A program made the position numbers and the translations under genes. Source: an uncultured Bifidobacteriaceae bacterium (lineage in GTDB: Bacteria; Actinomycetota; Acidimicrobiia; IMCC26256; DASPTH01). Taken from it: a stretch of 64,000 nt of DNA. Below the pieces are notes generated by a model, which had not been told where the DNA came from, did no database searches, and saw only the letters and a program-made list of their open reading frames with translations. Positions 54,079-62,790 of the stretch are shown one piece after another. The stretch spans positions 506 to 64,505 of the forward strand of contig CAZDJK010000008.1 in NCBI GenBank assembly GCA_964505725.1. Direction: 5' to 3'. The first letter of the stretch is position 1; every line of letters begins with the position of its first letter.

Positions 54079-54918
54079 GTGACCACGCCGCCCGAGCCCG
54101 AGCTCACCGAGCTGGGCGAGGGCGTGTTCGCATGGGTGCAGGCCGGCGGGGAATCGGGCGTCGCCAACGCGGGCGTGGTCGTCGACGACGACGGCATCAC
54201 CGTCGTCGACACGCTGATGGTCCGCTCGCAGTGGGAGCCGTTCGCGGCCGCGGTGGCCGAGCTCGACCGGCCCGTGCGCCGGACGGTGCTCACCCACGCG
54301 CACGTCGACCACGTCGGCGGCACCAAGGCCTTCCCCCACGCCGCCGTCTACGGGTCGCGTCAGACGAGCCGCGCCCTCGACCAGACCATGCCGGTCGACG
54401 CCTACAAGGCCTTCATGCCCGCCTTCGACGAGGAGTTCGACGATCTCGAGGAGCACGGCACCCGGCCGGTCACCCACATCGTGACCGGTGCCGCGCTGCT
54501 CACGCCCCGGGTCGAGGTGCTCCCCGCCGAGGGCCACACCGAAGGCGACCTCCTCGTGCTCGTCGCCGACGCCGACGTGTGCTTCGCCGGCGACCTCTGC
54601 TTCTTCGGCGTGACCCCGCTCGCGTTCCAGGGCAACCCGGCCGTGTGGGCGGACATGCTCGACGCGGTCGGCGAGCTCGCGGACGTGATCGTGCCCGGCC
54701 ACGGACCGATCGGCGGTCCGGCGGAGGTGCGTGATCTCCAGGTCTACCTCCGTCACTGCGTCGCGGCGCGCGGCGACGCCCGCGCGATCCCGCCCGGTAC
54801 GTGGGACCACTGGCTCGAGCGCGACCGCGACGCCATCAACGTGGAGCGGGCCGAGCTCCTCGCTCGTGGCGCGGACGAGATCCCGCCGTCGATGCTGCGC
54901 GCCATGGGCATGGCCTGA
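54079..54918 (+). CDS. MBL-fold metallo-hydrolase
   Basis: THAHVDHVGG motif. GTG 54079 chosen (ATG 54034 is an alternative). Divergent from the CitE-like gene. Confidence 0.8.
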   Translation: MTTPPEPELTELGEGVFAWVQAGGESGVANAGVVVDDDGITVVDTLMVRSQWEPFAAAVAELDRPVRRTVLTHAHVDHVGGTKAFPHAAVYGSRQTSRALDQTMPVDAYKAFMPAFDEEFDDLEEHGTRPVTHIVTGAALLTPRVEVLPAEGHTEGDLLVLVADADVCFAGDLCFFGVTPLAFQGNPAVWADMLDAVGELADVIVPGHGPIGGPAEVRDLQVYLRHCVAARGDARAIPPGTWDHWLERDRDAINVERAELLARGADEIPPSMLRAMGMA

Positions 54919-54967
54919 GGCCCGCGCGCGCTACCTTTCTGCGGTCCGCACCCGACGAGGCAGGGCA

Positions 54968-55447
54968 TTGGCCAAGAATCCGGACCCCGCGATCAAGCTG
55001 ACGAGCAGCAAGGGCGTCACGCGCACGCTCGACGACTGGACCACGATGTTCCACCTCTGCGTGGTGGTCCTGCCGCCGCGGCCGGAGGCGTCCGTGTTCA
55101 TCCCGGTCGCGCAGCGCATCTTCCGAGTGTTCGGCGACGCGGACTGCCGTACCGCGTTCTGCGTCGTCGGCAACGAGTTCATCGCGAGCGGCGTGCTGGG
55201 TGCCGTCGAGGACTCGGTGCTCACGTTCGTCGATCCCGACGGCGCGTTCGTGCAGAGCCTCGGCCTCACGCGACTCCCCGCGTTCGTGCACCTGCGACAG
55301 AACGCGACGCTCGTGGCCGCGGCCGAGGGCTGGGACCCGGCCGAGTGGCAGCGCGTCGCCCGCGAGATCGGCAAGGCGATGGCGTGGACGGTTCCCGAGG
55401 TCGCGGGACCGGGCGATCCACCGGCCACCCGCGGCTGGCCCGTCTGA
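54968..55447 (+). CDS. hypothetical protein
   Basis: The frame is open from 54731, but protein-like sequence begins about TTG 54968 (LAKNPDPAIKLTSSKG...). Start uncertain. Confidence 0.55.
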   Translation: MAKNPDPAIKLTSSKGVTRTLDDWTTMFHLCVVVLPPRPEASVFIPVAQRIFRVFGDADCRTAFCVVGNEFIASGVLGAVEDSVLTFVDPDGAFVQSLGLTRLPAFVHLRQNATLVAAAEGWDPAEWQRVAREIGKAMAWTVPEVAGPGDPPATRGWPV

Positions 55448-55647
55448 CCTGCACTTTCGCGAAAAATCGGCGAGGGTCCGCGCCCGGGTGGAACCTCGCG
55501 AGCAGACTTCGCTATGGTGCCACGGTCCGCACCTCGGTGATTGGGGTGCGGACTCGTTTGTTCCAACGGGTGTCAGTGTTGTTCACGACCGTGTTCAGCA
55601 AGGACCACCGAGGCCGAGCCATCTCGACAGAGCCAAGGAGTCCCCAC

Positions 55648-56763
55648 TTGAACTACCGGGCGCCACGCTTGCTCCCGTGGACCATCGCAGTTGCGGTGGC
55701 CACGTCGCTCCTGCTTCCCCTTCTCGCAACTCCCGCGGCACAGGCCGACCAGATCTCGGACCTCCAGGGCCAGGCGAGCGCGCTCGAAGCACAGATCAAT
55801 GCCAACGGCATGAAGCTCGACGCGCTGAACGAGAAGGTCAACGACGCACAGGTCGCGCTCGACGCGGCCAACGCTGCGATCGCGGATGCCGATGCACAGG
55901 TGGCGGCCGCGACCGCGCGCATGAAGTCGTTGCGCAACGAGGTCGCGGCGCGCGCGGCGACGGCGTACGTGCAATCGAGCTCGACGAGTGGCGTGGACAA
56001 CCTCGACACCACGAGCGCGTCCGAGCTCAGCACGCGCGAGAAGTACACGAGCATCGCCGGTCAGCGCGACAAGCTGATCGTCGCGCAGCTCGCGCAGGCC
56101 AAGGAAGATCTCGCGCAGAAGAAGGCCGACGCGGAGACCGCGCGCGCGTCCGCGCAGGCCGAGAAGGATCAGATCGTCGCCGCGCAGACGGATCTTCAGG
56201 CGGGCACCGTGAAGCAGCGTGACCTGCTCTCACAGGTGAACGGACAGATCTCGGATCTCGTGGCCAAGGCACAGGCCGAGCGCGAGGCGCGCGACCAGGC
56301 TGCCGCCGCCGCCCAGCTCAAGCTCACCGCCGCCAACACCAACGCGGGCGCGGGTGGAGGTGGCGGCGGCACGATCGGCGGCCGCAGCTCCGGCGGTGGA
56401 GGGACCTTCGCCACGCCGCCGCCTACGAGCGGCAACGTCGGCGCGGTGCTCGCCTACGCCGCCGCCCAGCTCGGCAAGCCCTACTGCTACGCCGGTGCCG
56501 GCCCGAGCTGCTTCGACTGCTCGGGCCTCTCGATGATGGCCTGGGCGCAGGCGGGCGTCTCGATGCCGCACGGCTCCGACGCGCAGCTCGCCATGTTCCC
56601 GCACGTCCCGCTGAGCCAGCTCCAGCCCGGAGACCTGGTCTTCTGGGACGGCCACGTGGGCATCTACTGGGGGGGTGGTGCCGTGCTCCATGCCCCGCAC
56701 ACGGGCACGGTCGTCCAGATCACTCCGATCTGGCCGGGCGTGATCGGCGCCGTCCGGCCCTGA
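55648..56763 (+). CDS. secreted coiled-coil NlpC/P60 peptidoglycan endopeptidase (RipA/RipC-like)
   Basis: TTG 55648 after AAGGAG (55635-55640). Signal peptide, long Ala/Gln-rich coiled coil, Gly-rich linker, and an NlpC/P60 core with YCYAGAGPSCFDCSGL...GHVGIY...HAPHTG. Confidence 0.85.
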   Translation: MNYRAPRLLPWTIAVAVATSLLLPLLATPAAQADQISDLQGQASALEAQINANGMKLDALNEKVNDAQVALDAANAAIADADAQVAAATARMKSLRNEVAARAATAYVQSSSTSGVDNLDTTSASELSTREKYTSIAGQRDKLIVAQLAQAKEDLAQKKADAETARASAQAEKDQIVAAQTDLQAGTVKQRDLLSQVNGQISDLVAKAQAEREARDQAAAAAQLKLTAANTNAGAGGGGGGTIGGRSSGGGGTFATPPPTSGNVGAVLAYAAAQLGKPYCYAGAGPSCFDCSGLSMMAWAQAGVSMPHGSDAQLAMFPHVPLSQLQPGDLVFWDGHVGIYWGGGAVLHAPHTGTVVQITPIWPGVIGAVRP

Positions 56764-56790
56764 TCCGGAGCCGCTCTGCGCAGACCGGAT

Positions 56791-57792
56791 TCAGGGGATC
56801 ACGAGCATGCCCAGCTCGGCCTCGAGCTGGGGCCGCGGCTTGAGCCCGAGTGAGGCCCGCTCGAGGCGGCCGTTCCGGAACAGGCCGATGAGCGGGATGC
56901 TCTGCACGTCGTACTGCTGCGCCAGCGCGGGCTCCTCGTCGATGTTGACCTTCACCACCTTGTAGGCGCCGTCGCGCATCCGGGCGATCTGCTCGACGAT
57001 CGGCGCGACCTGGCGGCACGGGCCGCACCAGGGTGCCCAGAAGTCGACGATCACGGGGATCTCCGAGGAGAGCACCTCGGCGGTGAACGTGGCGGTGGTG
57101 ACGGCCCTCACGGGGCCCTCGGGGGGCGGCTCCGGGAGGGGCGCCGAAGGCTTCTCGCCCGCACGCACGGCCTCGAGCCAGTCGCGTCCCTGCTCCACGC
57201 TCTCCAACGCCACCTGGTGGCCCATCGGGAACTCCGCGTACACGAGCGGCACGCCGTGCTCCGTGAGGGTCTCCGCCACCTGGCGCGCCCGGGCGACCGG
57301 GATCATCGGGTCCTCGGTGCCGTGCTGCAGCAGCACGGGGACGGCGCGCGCCGCGTCCCAGTCCACGTCGAAGAGCTCGAAGCGGGCGAACGCGCTCATG
57401 GCGAGGACACCGGCGGGCCTCGCGCGCTCGGAGTGGCGCAACGCCAACGCGAGCGCGAGACCCCCGCCCTGGGAGAAGCCCGCCACGACCGCCTGGGAGC
57501 GGTCGAGGCCACGTGCAGCGCATTCGGAGTCGAGCAGGTCGTCGACGAGATCGATGGCCGCGGTGAACGCGTCACGCCCGTCGCCGCCCTCAGCCGCCTC
57601 GATGTCGTACCACGAGAACCCGGGGCCGGCCGCGAACGGCGCGCGGGGCAACACGGTGACGAAGCGGCCCTCGGGGTCGAGGTAGCTGAGGAGCGCCCCG
57701 AGGTCGCGCTCGTCGGCGCCGTAGCCGTGGAGGAGCAGGAGCAGCCGGTCGGCGCCGTTCCCTTCGATCACGTTCGTCACCAACGTCGCCAT
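56791..57792 (-). CDS. fusion of phospholipase/carboxylesterase-type alpha/beta hydrolase and thioredoxin
   Basis: N-terminal LLLLHGYGADE, nucleophile elbow AGFSQGGGLAL, HGTEDPMIP. The C-terminal ~110 aa are a thioredoxin with the WAPWCGPC active site. Confidence 0.85.
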   Translation of the reverse strand: MATLVTNVIEGNGADRLLLLLHGYGADERDLGALLSYLDPEGRFVTVLPRAPFAAGPGFSWYDIEAAEGGDGRDAFTAAIDLVDDLLDSECAARGLDRSQAVVAGFSQGGGLALALALRHSERARPAGVLAMSAFARFELFDVDWDAARAVPVLLQHGTEDPMIPVARARQVAETLTEHGVPLVYAEFPMGHQVALESVEQGRDWLEAVRAGEKPSAPLPEPPPEGPVRAVTTATFTAEVLSSEIPVIVDFWAPWCGPCRQVAPIVEQIARMRDGAYKVVKVNIDEEPALAQQYDVQSIPLIGLFRNGRLERASLGLKPRPQLEAELGMLVIP

Positions 57793-57804
57793 GAGCGGTC
57801 CGAT

Positions 57805-58623
57805 CTAGAAGAGGTAGTTCATGTTGTCGACCACGCGCGCGCCGAGCTCGACGTCACCCTGGATCGTGACATCGCCCGCGTTCCTCGCCGCGTCGGGATC
57901 GACGCGCCCCGTCGCCAGGCGGGCGAACGTCTCGGTGGTCATGGCGAGGCGCACGGTCGGCGACGCGGGAGCGTTCGGCACCATGCCCGCCCTTCCGTCG
58001 ACCATCTCCACCACGACCTCCCGCGCCAACGGGCCCGACAACGCGAAGACGACCGAGAGGCCGTCGGGCGCGCCGACCTTCTTGCCCACGATGAACGGCA
58101 TCCGCCCGGTCATCATTCCCAGCGTGTGCTCGGCGGCGCGACTGTCGAGATCTCCGGGACGGCCGACCGCCCGGCGCATGTCCTGCTCGTGCACCCAGCA
58201 GTCGAAGATGCGGAACGGCAGCGCGTCGCGCACGGTCCCCGGGCCCACGGGCGTCCACGAGTCGGCACCGAAGCCCGCCTCGTCGAGCCCGCGCAGCACG
58301 CCGAGCCGCTCCGCGGTGACGGCGCGGAACTCGGCGAGCACCTCGGCGCCCGTCCACGAGCGCCGCGCGTCGACGAACACCTCGTTGGCACGCCCCACGT
58401 CGTTCTTCACGTGCGGCAGGTCGGCCGGGAGCTCGTGCTCGGGCGCCGGCCTCCCGAGCAGCATCCCCTCGACGCTCGACAGGTGGGCGAGGTTGTCCTG
58501 GACCGACCATCCCGGACACTCGGTCGGTCGCTTCCACTCGGCTTCGGTGAGCGCTGAACCCAGGCCGTCGATCGACGCCCACACCTCAGCGAGGCAGTCC
58601 ACCAGCTCCCGATCGGTCGGCAC
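57805..58623 (-). CDS. mycothiol-dependent maleylpyruvate-isomerase-like (DinB/TIGR03083-type) protein
   Basis: N-terminal WKRPTECPGWSVQDNLAHL motif. GTG 58623 chosen (the track start 58659 is possible). Confidence 0.75.
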   Translation of the reverse strand: MPTDRELVDCLAEVWASIDGLGSALTEAEWKRPTECPGWSVQDNLAHLSSVEGMLLGRPAPEHELPADLPHVKNDVGRANEVFVDARRSWTGAEVLAEFRAVTAERLGVLRGLDEAGFGADSWTPVGPGTVRDALPFRIFDCWVHEQDMRRAVGRPGDLDSRAAEHTLGMMTGRMPFIVGKKVGAPDGLSVVFALSGPLAREVVVEMVDGRAGMVPNAPASPTVRLAMTTETFARLATGRVDPDAARNAGDVTIQGDVELGARVVDNMNYLF

Positions 58624-58674
58624 GCACCCATCGTCGCACGCGCCGCCGCGGCGCCGCACACGCCGGCGGCGGAG

Positions 58675-59511
58675 TCAGACCGGTGAGGCTCCGGACCTCA
58701 CGAGGATCCGGCGGACGGTGTGATCGGCCTGCTTCTCGAGCACGACGTCGGCGTTCGGGCGCGTCGGGAGGATGTGCTCGTGCAGGTTGCGCCCGTTGAT
58801 CGTCCTCCAGGTGTGGTCGGCGAGTGCCACCAGCTCGTCGTCGGAGTAGTCCGCGAACATGGTGAAGAACGACGTCGGGTCGTGCAGGGCCTCGTCGCGC
58901 AGCGCCCGCATGCGATCGGTGAACCAGGCCAGGATGTCGCGCTCGTCGGCATCGAGGTAGACGCCGAAGTCGATCCGATCCCGGATGGACGGGCGGAGCA
59001 GGTGCAGGCCTTCCACGACGAGGACGTCGTGGTCGTCGAGCGGCTCCGTCTCCTCGAGCACGTCGTAGCGCTCGTGGGAATAGACCGGGACGCGCAGGCC
59101 CCGCTCGCCGGCGTGCACGTGGGAGAGGAACTTCACCAGCGCGGGCTCGTCGTAGGACTCGGGGAACCCTTTGCGGTCGAACAGGCCACGCGCCCGGAGC
59201 TCCTCGTTGGGGAAGAGGAAGCCGTCGGCGCTGACCACGGCGGCCCGCGGGCCGTCGGGCAGCGCGCCGAGCAGCGCGGCGAGGACGCGCGCGGTCGTGC
59301 TCTTGCCCACCGACACGCTGCCCACGACCGCTATCACAGGAACCCGGGTGCCTGCCGCACCGACCGCGTCGCGCACGCGCTCCGCGAGCGGCGCGTAGAT
59401 CCGGACGACGTCGGCCTCGCGGATGCCGTGAGCGGCGGACCGCGGCGGCGCTGCGGGTGGGACCGCGGCCGCCCACTCGCCGACCGTGTACGTCACAAAC
59501 CCGTCGAGCAT
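58675..59511 (-). CDS. coaA: type I pantothenate kinase
   Basis: P-loop VVGSVSVGKSTTARVL, followed by DGFLFPNEEL, KGFPESYD and VPVYSHERYD. ATG 59511. Confidence 0.85.
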   Translation of the reverse strand: MLDGFVTYTVGEWAAAVPPAAPPRSAAHGIREADVVRIYAPLAERVRDAVGAAGTRVPVIAVVGSVSVGKSTTARVLAALLGALPDGPRAAVVSADGFLFPNEELRARGLFDRKGFPESYDEPALVKFLSHVHAGERGLRVPVYSHERYDVLEETEPLDDHDVLVVEGLHLLRPSIRDRIDFGVYLDADERDILAWFTDRMRALRDEALHDPTSFFTMFADYSDDELVALADHTWRTINGRNLHEHILPTRPNADVVLEKQADHTVRRILVRSGASPV

Positions 59512-59590
59512 CCGGCCATCATGGCGCGGCGCCCGAACCGGTTGCCTATGCTCACGCGCCGACCTCACCAACGGAAGGAGAGGGGTGGCC

Positions 59591-59887
59591 ATGCTCTTCC
59601 ACGTGACATGGGAATTCACCGACCAGTCGGAGGAGAGCGAGAAGCGCTCACTCGCCGTCTTCACCAGCTGGCAGCCTCCTGCGGGAGCCGACTTCCAGGC
59701 CTTCTACTCCTTCGCCGACGGGAGCGGCGGCGTCGCGATCATCGACGCCGACAGCCCGGAGACGCTCGCCCGCACGGCGGGCCCGTTCCTCCCGTGGATG
59801 ACGTTCACCATGACACCGATCGTGCCGATGGACCAGATCCCCGGCATCGCGGGCGAGTCCATCACGTTCCGCGACTCCGTGCAGTAG
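59591..59887 (+). CDS. small DUF3303-like protein
   Basis: ATG 59591 after GGAAGGAGAGGGG. Sequence MLFHVTWEFTDQSEE...PWMTFTMTPIVP. Confidence 0.7.
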   Translation: MLFHVTWEFTDQSEESEKRSLAVFTSWQPPAGADFQAFYSFADGSGGVAIIDADSPETLARTAGPFLPWMTFTMTPIVPMDQIPGIAGESITFRDSVQ

Positions 59888-60022
59888 CGGCGCGTCACCC
59901 CGCAGTCGAGGCCGAGGGACGCGATCGGCCGCCACCGACGAAGGCGTGCACCAGGCCACCGGGATCGTCTTGCTGGCGCTCGCGTCGGCACAGTTCCTGA
60001 TGAGCGAGGACGGTCTGAGGCG

Positions 60023-60469
60023 TCAGTCCTCGGCGAGGAGCCGGTAGAGCTGCTTGCGGGCGTCGCGGACGATGCCGATGCCCTTCTCGATCTTGGTGCG
60101 CCCGCCCAGCTTGAGCACCTCGGTCGCCGCCGACTGGAGCTCGACCACAGCCCGGCGCATGTGCGCGACCTCCGGCGCCTCCTCGGTCACGTGCTCCCAC
60201 GGGGCCCCGTGCTCGGCCAGGGTCGCCTTGGCCTCACGGCGCCCGGCCGGGGTGAGCCGGTAGACGCGGCGGCCCTCCTGGTCGCCCGAGCGCACCAGGC
60301 CCTCGTCCTCGAGGAGCTGCAGCGCGGGGTAGATCGACCCAGCGCTCGGGCGCCACACGCCGTTGGTCCTGGCCTCGAGGTACTGGATCACCTCGTAGCC
60401 GTGCCCGGGCCGCTCGAGGAGGAACGCGAGGATCGCGCGCCGGATGTCGCCGCGGCGGACGTTACCCAT
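60023..60469 (-). CDS. PadR family transcriptional regulator
   Basis: ILAFLLERPGHGYEVIQYLE...SAGSIYPALQLLEDEGLV is the PadR winged-helix signature. Confidence 0.9.
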   Translation of the reverse strand: MGNVRRGDIRRAILAFLLERPGHGYEVIQYLEARTNGVWRPSAGSIYPALQLLEDEGLVRSGDQEGRRVYRLTPAGRREAKATLAEHGAPWEHVTEEAPEVAHMRRAVVELQSAATEVLKLGGRTKIEKGIGIVRDARKQLYRLLAED

Positions 60470-60509
60470 CGACCGGTTGCCGGGTTCCACTCACGACGCT
60501 AGCCTCCCG

Positions 60510-60519
60510 CGATATATCG
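60510..60519. promoter_or_regulatory. candidate PadR operator (perfect 10-bp palindrome CGATATATCG)
   Basis: An AT-rich palindrome in the 93-nt divergent spacer between the PadR and aldo/keto reductase genes. Confidence 0.3.
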
Positions 60520-60562
60520 AGATAGTAGCGATTTCGCGTGAGCGGGTTCCGCCAGGAGGAGA

Positions 60563-61526
60563 CATGGACTACGTGACGATGGGACGTTCCGGCCTCAAGG
60601 TCTCGCGCGACTGCCTCGGCGCGATGAACTTCGGCACCGCGCCCGGATCACCGTGTGACGAGCCGGAAGCGCGTCGGATCATCGACAAATTCCTCGACGA
60701 GGGCAACAACTTCATCGACACCGCCAACATCTACACGGGCGGACAGTCGGAGCAGATCGTGGGACGCGCGGTGAAGGACCGCCGCGACTCGGTCGTGGTC
60801 GCGACCAAGGCGCGAGGGCCGCAGGGCGGCGGCCCGAACGACATCGGTCTGTCGCGCGTGCACCTCACCCGCGCGCTCGAGGCGAGCCTGCGCCGCCTCG
60901 ACACCGACTACGTCGACCTCTACCAGTGCCACTTCCCTGACGCCGACACGCCCATCGAGGAGACGATGGCGACGCTCGACGGCTTCGTACGCGCCGGGAA
61001 GGTCCGCTACATCGGGTGCTCCAACTTCTCGGGCAGCCAGATCGTCGAGGCGCAGTGGACGGCGGAGAAGATCAACGGGACTCCGTTCGTCAGCCTGCAG
61101 CCGCGCTACTCGCTGATCGCGCGCGACATCGAGAACGACATCCTTCCCGCGTGCGAGCGCCACGGGCTCGGCACCCTCGTCTACAGCCCGCTCGGTGGCG
61201 GCGTGCTCACCGGCAAGTACCGGCGCGGCGAGGAGCCTGCGCCCGACACCCGCTTCGGGCGCAACAGCGCTTACCGCACCGCGGGTGCCAGCATCCCCGA
61301 CAAGCACCTCGACGTGGCCGACGCGGTCGGAAAGATCGCCGCCGAGCTCGGCGCCACGCCCACCGCGGTCGCGCTGGCGTGGGTGCTCGGACGTCGCAAC
61401 GTCACGTCGGTGATCATCGGGCCGCGCACGCTCGCGCAGTACGACGAGAACGCCGCCGGCTTCGACCTGCAGCTCCCCGAGGACGCGGTCAAGACCCTCA
61501 ACGCGGTCTCGAAGGCGGCGCGATGA
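60563..61526 (+). CDS. aldo/keto reductase
   Basis: ATG 60563 after AGGAGGAG. AKR blocks GNNFIDTANIY, LRRLDTDYVDLYQCH and IGCSNF. Confidence 0.9.
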
Positions 61527-62380
61527 GCGCGGTCGTGCCCGCGAGCACGAGCAGGGCCGAGCGGGCGATGGCACCGCTGTGGCTGGCGTCCTTGCGCGCG
61601 CCCGAGGCGCAGGAGGAGTACGAGAAGCTCGGGCTCGATCCGAGCGAGCGCTACTTCCCCGCACGCGCCGCACCGCTGGGCGAGGCCTCGCTCGAGCTCG
61701 TCGTGGCGACGTTCTTCAACTTCAGCCCGCGCGCCGTCGCGCGCGCGATCCCCGGCGCCTGGACGAAGGCGACGCCCGAGCAGATCCTCGCCGCGCAGCT
61801 CTCCGGGATCGACCGCGCGCTCGCGAGGGCGTTCGAGAACGTGGACCCCGAAGTGATCACCGAGCTGCTCTCGCTGTTGCGCCCCGCGGCGGAAGCGGCG
61901 GCGACGCGGCCGGAGGGCCGCCCATTGTTCGCGGGCTACGCGTCACTGTCCTGGCCCGACGAACCACACCTCGCGCTCTGGCACGCGCACTACCTGTTGC
62001 GCGAATTCCGTGGCGACGGGCACATCGCGGTGCTCGTGGCGGAAGGCCTCACCGGGCACCAGGCCCTCGCGCTCCACGTCGCGATGCTGCCGGCGATCGG
62101 ACCCGTGTTCCGCCAGTCGCGCGCGTGGACCGACGACGAGTGGGGGGCGACCCTGGCCTCGCTGCGGGCCGACGGTTGGCTCACCGACGACGAGGAGCTC
62201 GCCCTCACCCCGGAGGGCGCGCGCCGGCGGCAGGCGATCGAGGACCGCACGAACGAGCTGGCCCTGCCCGCGTACGCGCCGATCGGCCAGGAGGGAGTTG
62301 ACCGCGTCATCGAGCTCGGGGAGCCGATCGGGGAGACGATGGCCAAGGCCGACCTCACCATGACGCTTCCCCGCAACTGA
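61523..62380 (+). CDS. conserved hypothetical protein (LREFRGDGH motif)
   Basis: ATGA overlap with the AKR stop (61523-61526). A 285-aa protein-like ORF. Confidence 0.7.
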   Translation: MSAVVPASTSRAERAMAPLWLASLRAPEAQEEYEKLGLDPSERYFPARAAPLGEASLELVVATFFNFSPRAVARAIPGAWTKATPEQILAAQLSGIDRALARAFENVDPEVITELLSLLRPAAEAAATRPEGRPLFAGYASLSWPDEPHLALWHAHYLLREFRGDGHIAVLVAEGLTGHQALALHVAMLPAIGPVFRQSRAWTDDEWGATLASLRADGWLTDDEELALTPEGARRRQAIEDRTNELALPAYAPIGQEGVDRVIELGEPIGETMAKADLTMTLPRN

Positions 62381-62389
62381 CGCTACCGG

Positions 62390-62441
62390 TCAAACCTGCA
62401 TCGCTCGGGCGAGATGCTCGACCCGAGCGACGCAGGTTTGC
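62390..62441. terminator. long-stem hairpin between convergent genes (bidirectional terminator candidate)
   Basis: CAAACCTGCATCGCTCGGG (62391-62409) pairs with CCCGAGCGACGCAGGTTTG (62422-62440) with one mismatch. It lies 10 nt after the plus-strand stop and 16 nt after the minus-strand stop. Confidence 0.55.
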
Positions 62442-62456
62442 CGTGGGGGACGGTGG

Positions 62457-62663
62457 TCACATGTTCGGGCAGTTCGCTTGGCTCCCCGAATTCCCGCTCG
62501 ACGGTGTCGTCGTCGAGCTGCCCGAGGAGCTGTTCGAGCTGCCCGAGGAATTGCTCGAGCTGCCCGAGCCGCTCGTCTGGGCGTACGCGATCGCCGCGCC
62601 ACCGCCGACCAGCGACGCGGTCAGCGCACCGACGACCAGGCTCTTCCGCAGCAGTCCATTCAT
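62457..62663 (-). CDS. small secreted Ser/Gly/Asn-rich repeat peptide
   Basis: ATG 62663, 7 nt after GGAGGTG. Signal peptide MNGLLRKSLVVGALTASLVGGGAAIAYA, then QTSGSGSSSNSSGSSNSSSGSSTTTPSSGNSGSQANCPNM. High GC3, with a hairpin downstream. Confidence 0.65.
   Translation of the reverse strand: MNGLLRKSLVVGALTASLVGGGAAIAYAQTSGSGSSSNSSGSSNSSSGSSTTTPSSGNSGSQANCPNM
62513..62575. repeat. 3 x 21-bp tandem repeat inside the small peptide gene
   Basis: Units start at 62513, 62534 and 62555. All begin TCGAGCTGCCCGAG and encode the SSGSS(N/T) repeats on the minus strand. Confidence 0.85.
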
Positions 62664-62790
62664 ACGTCATCACCTCCCTTCGCCATGCGGGACGCAGACC
62701 GCATTCAAACGAACCGCGGCTAAGAGCCGTGTAAGACCCGACGACGTTTCCTGAGAGAGCAGGCACGCACGACGCGCGCGTGACGTACCG

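Noticed and set aside
62443-62754. Plus-strand ORF with an ELPEELFELPEELLELPEPL repeat
   Set aside because: It is the antisense image of the Ser-rich peptide repeat. It begins inside the terminator hairpin and has no RBS, whereas the minus frame has an RBS, a signal peptide and high GC3.
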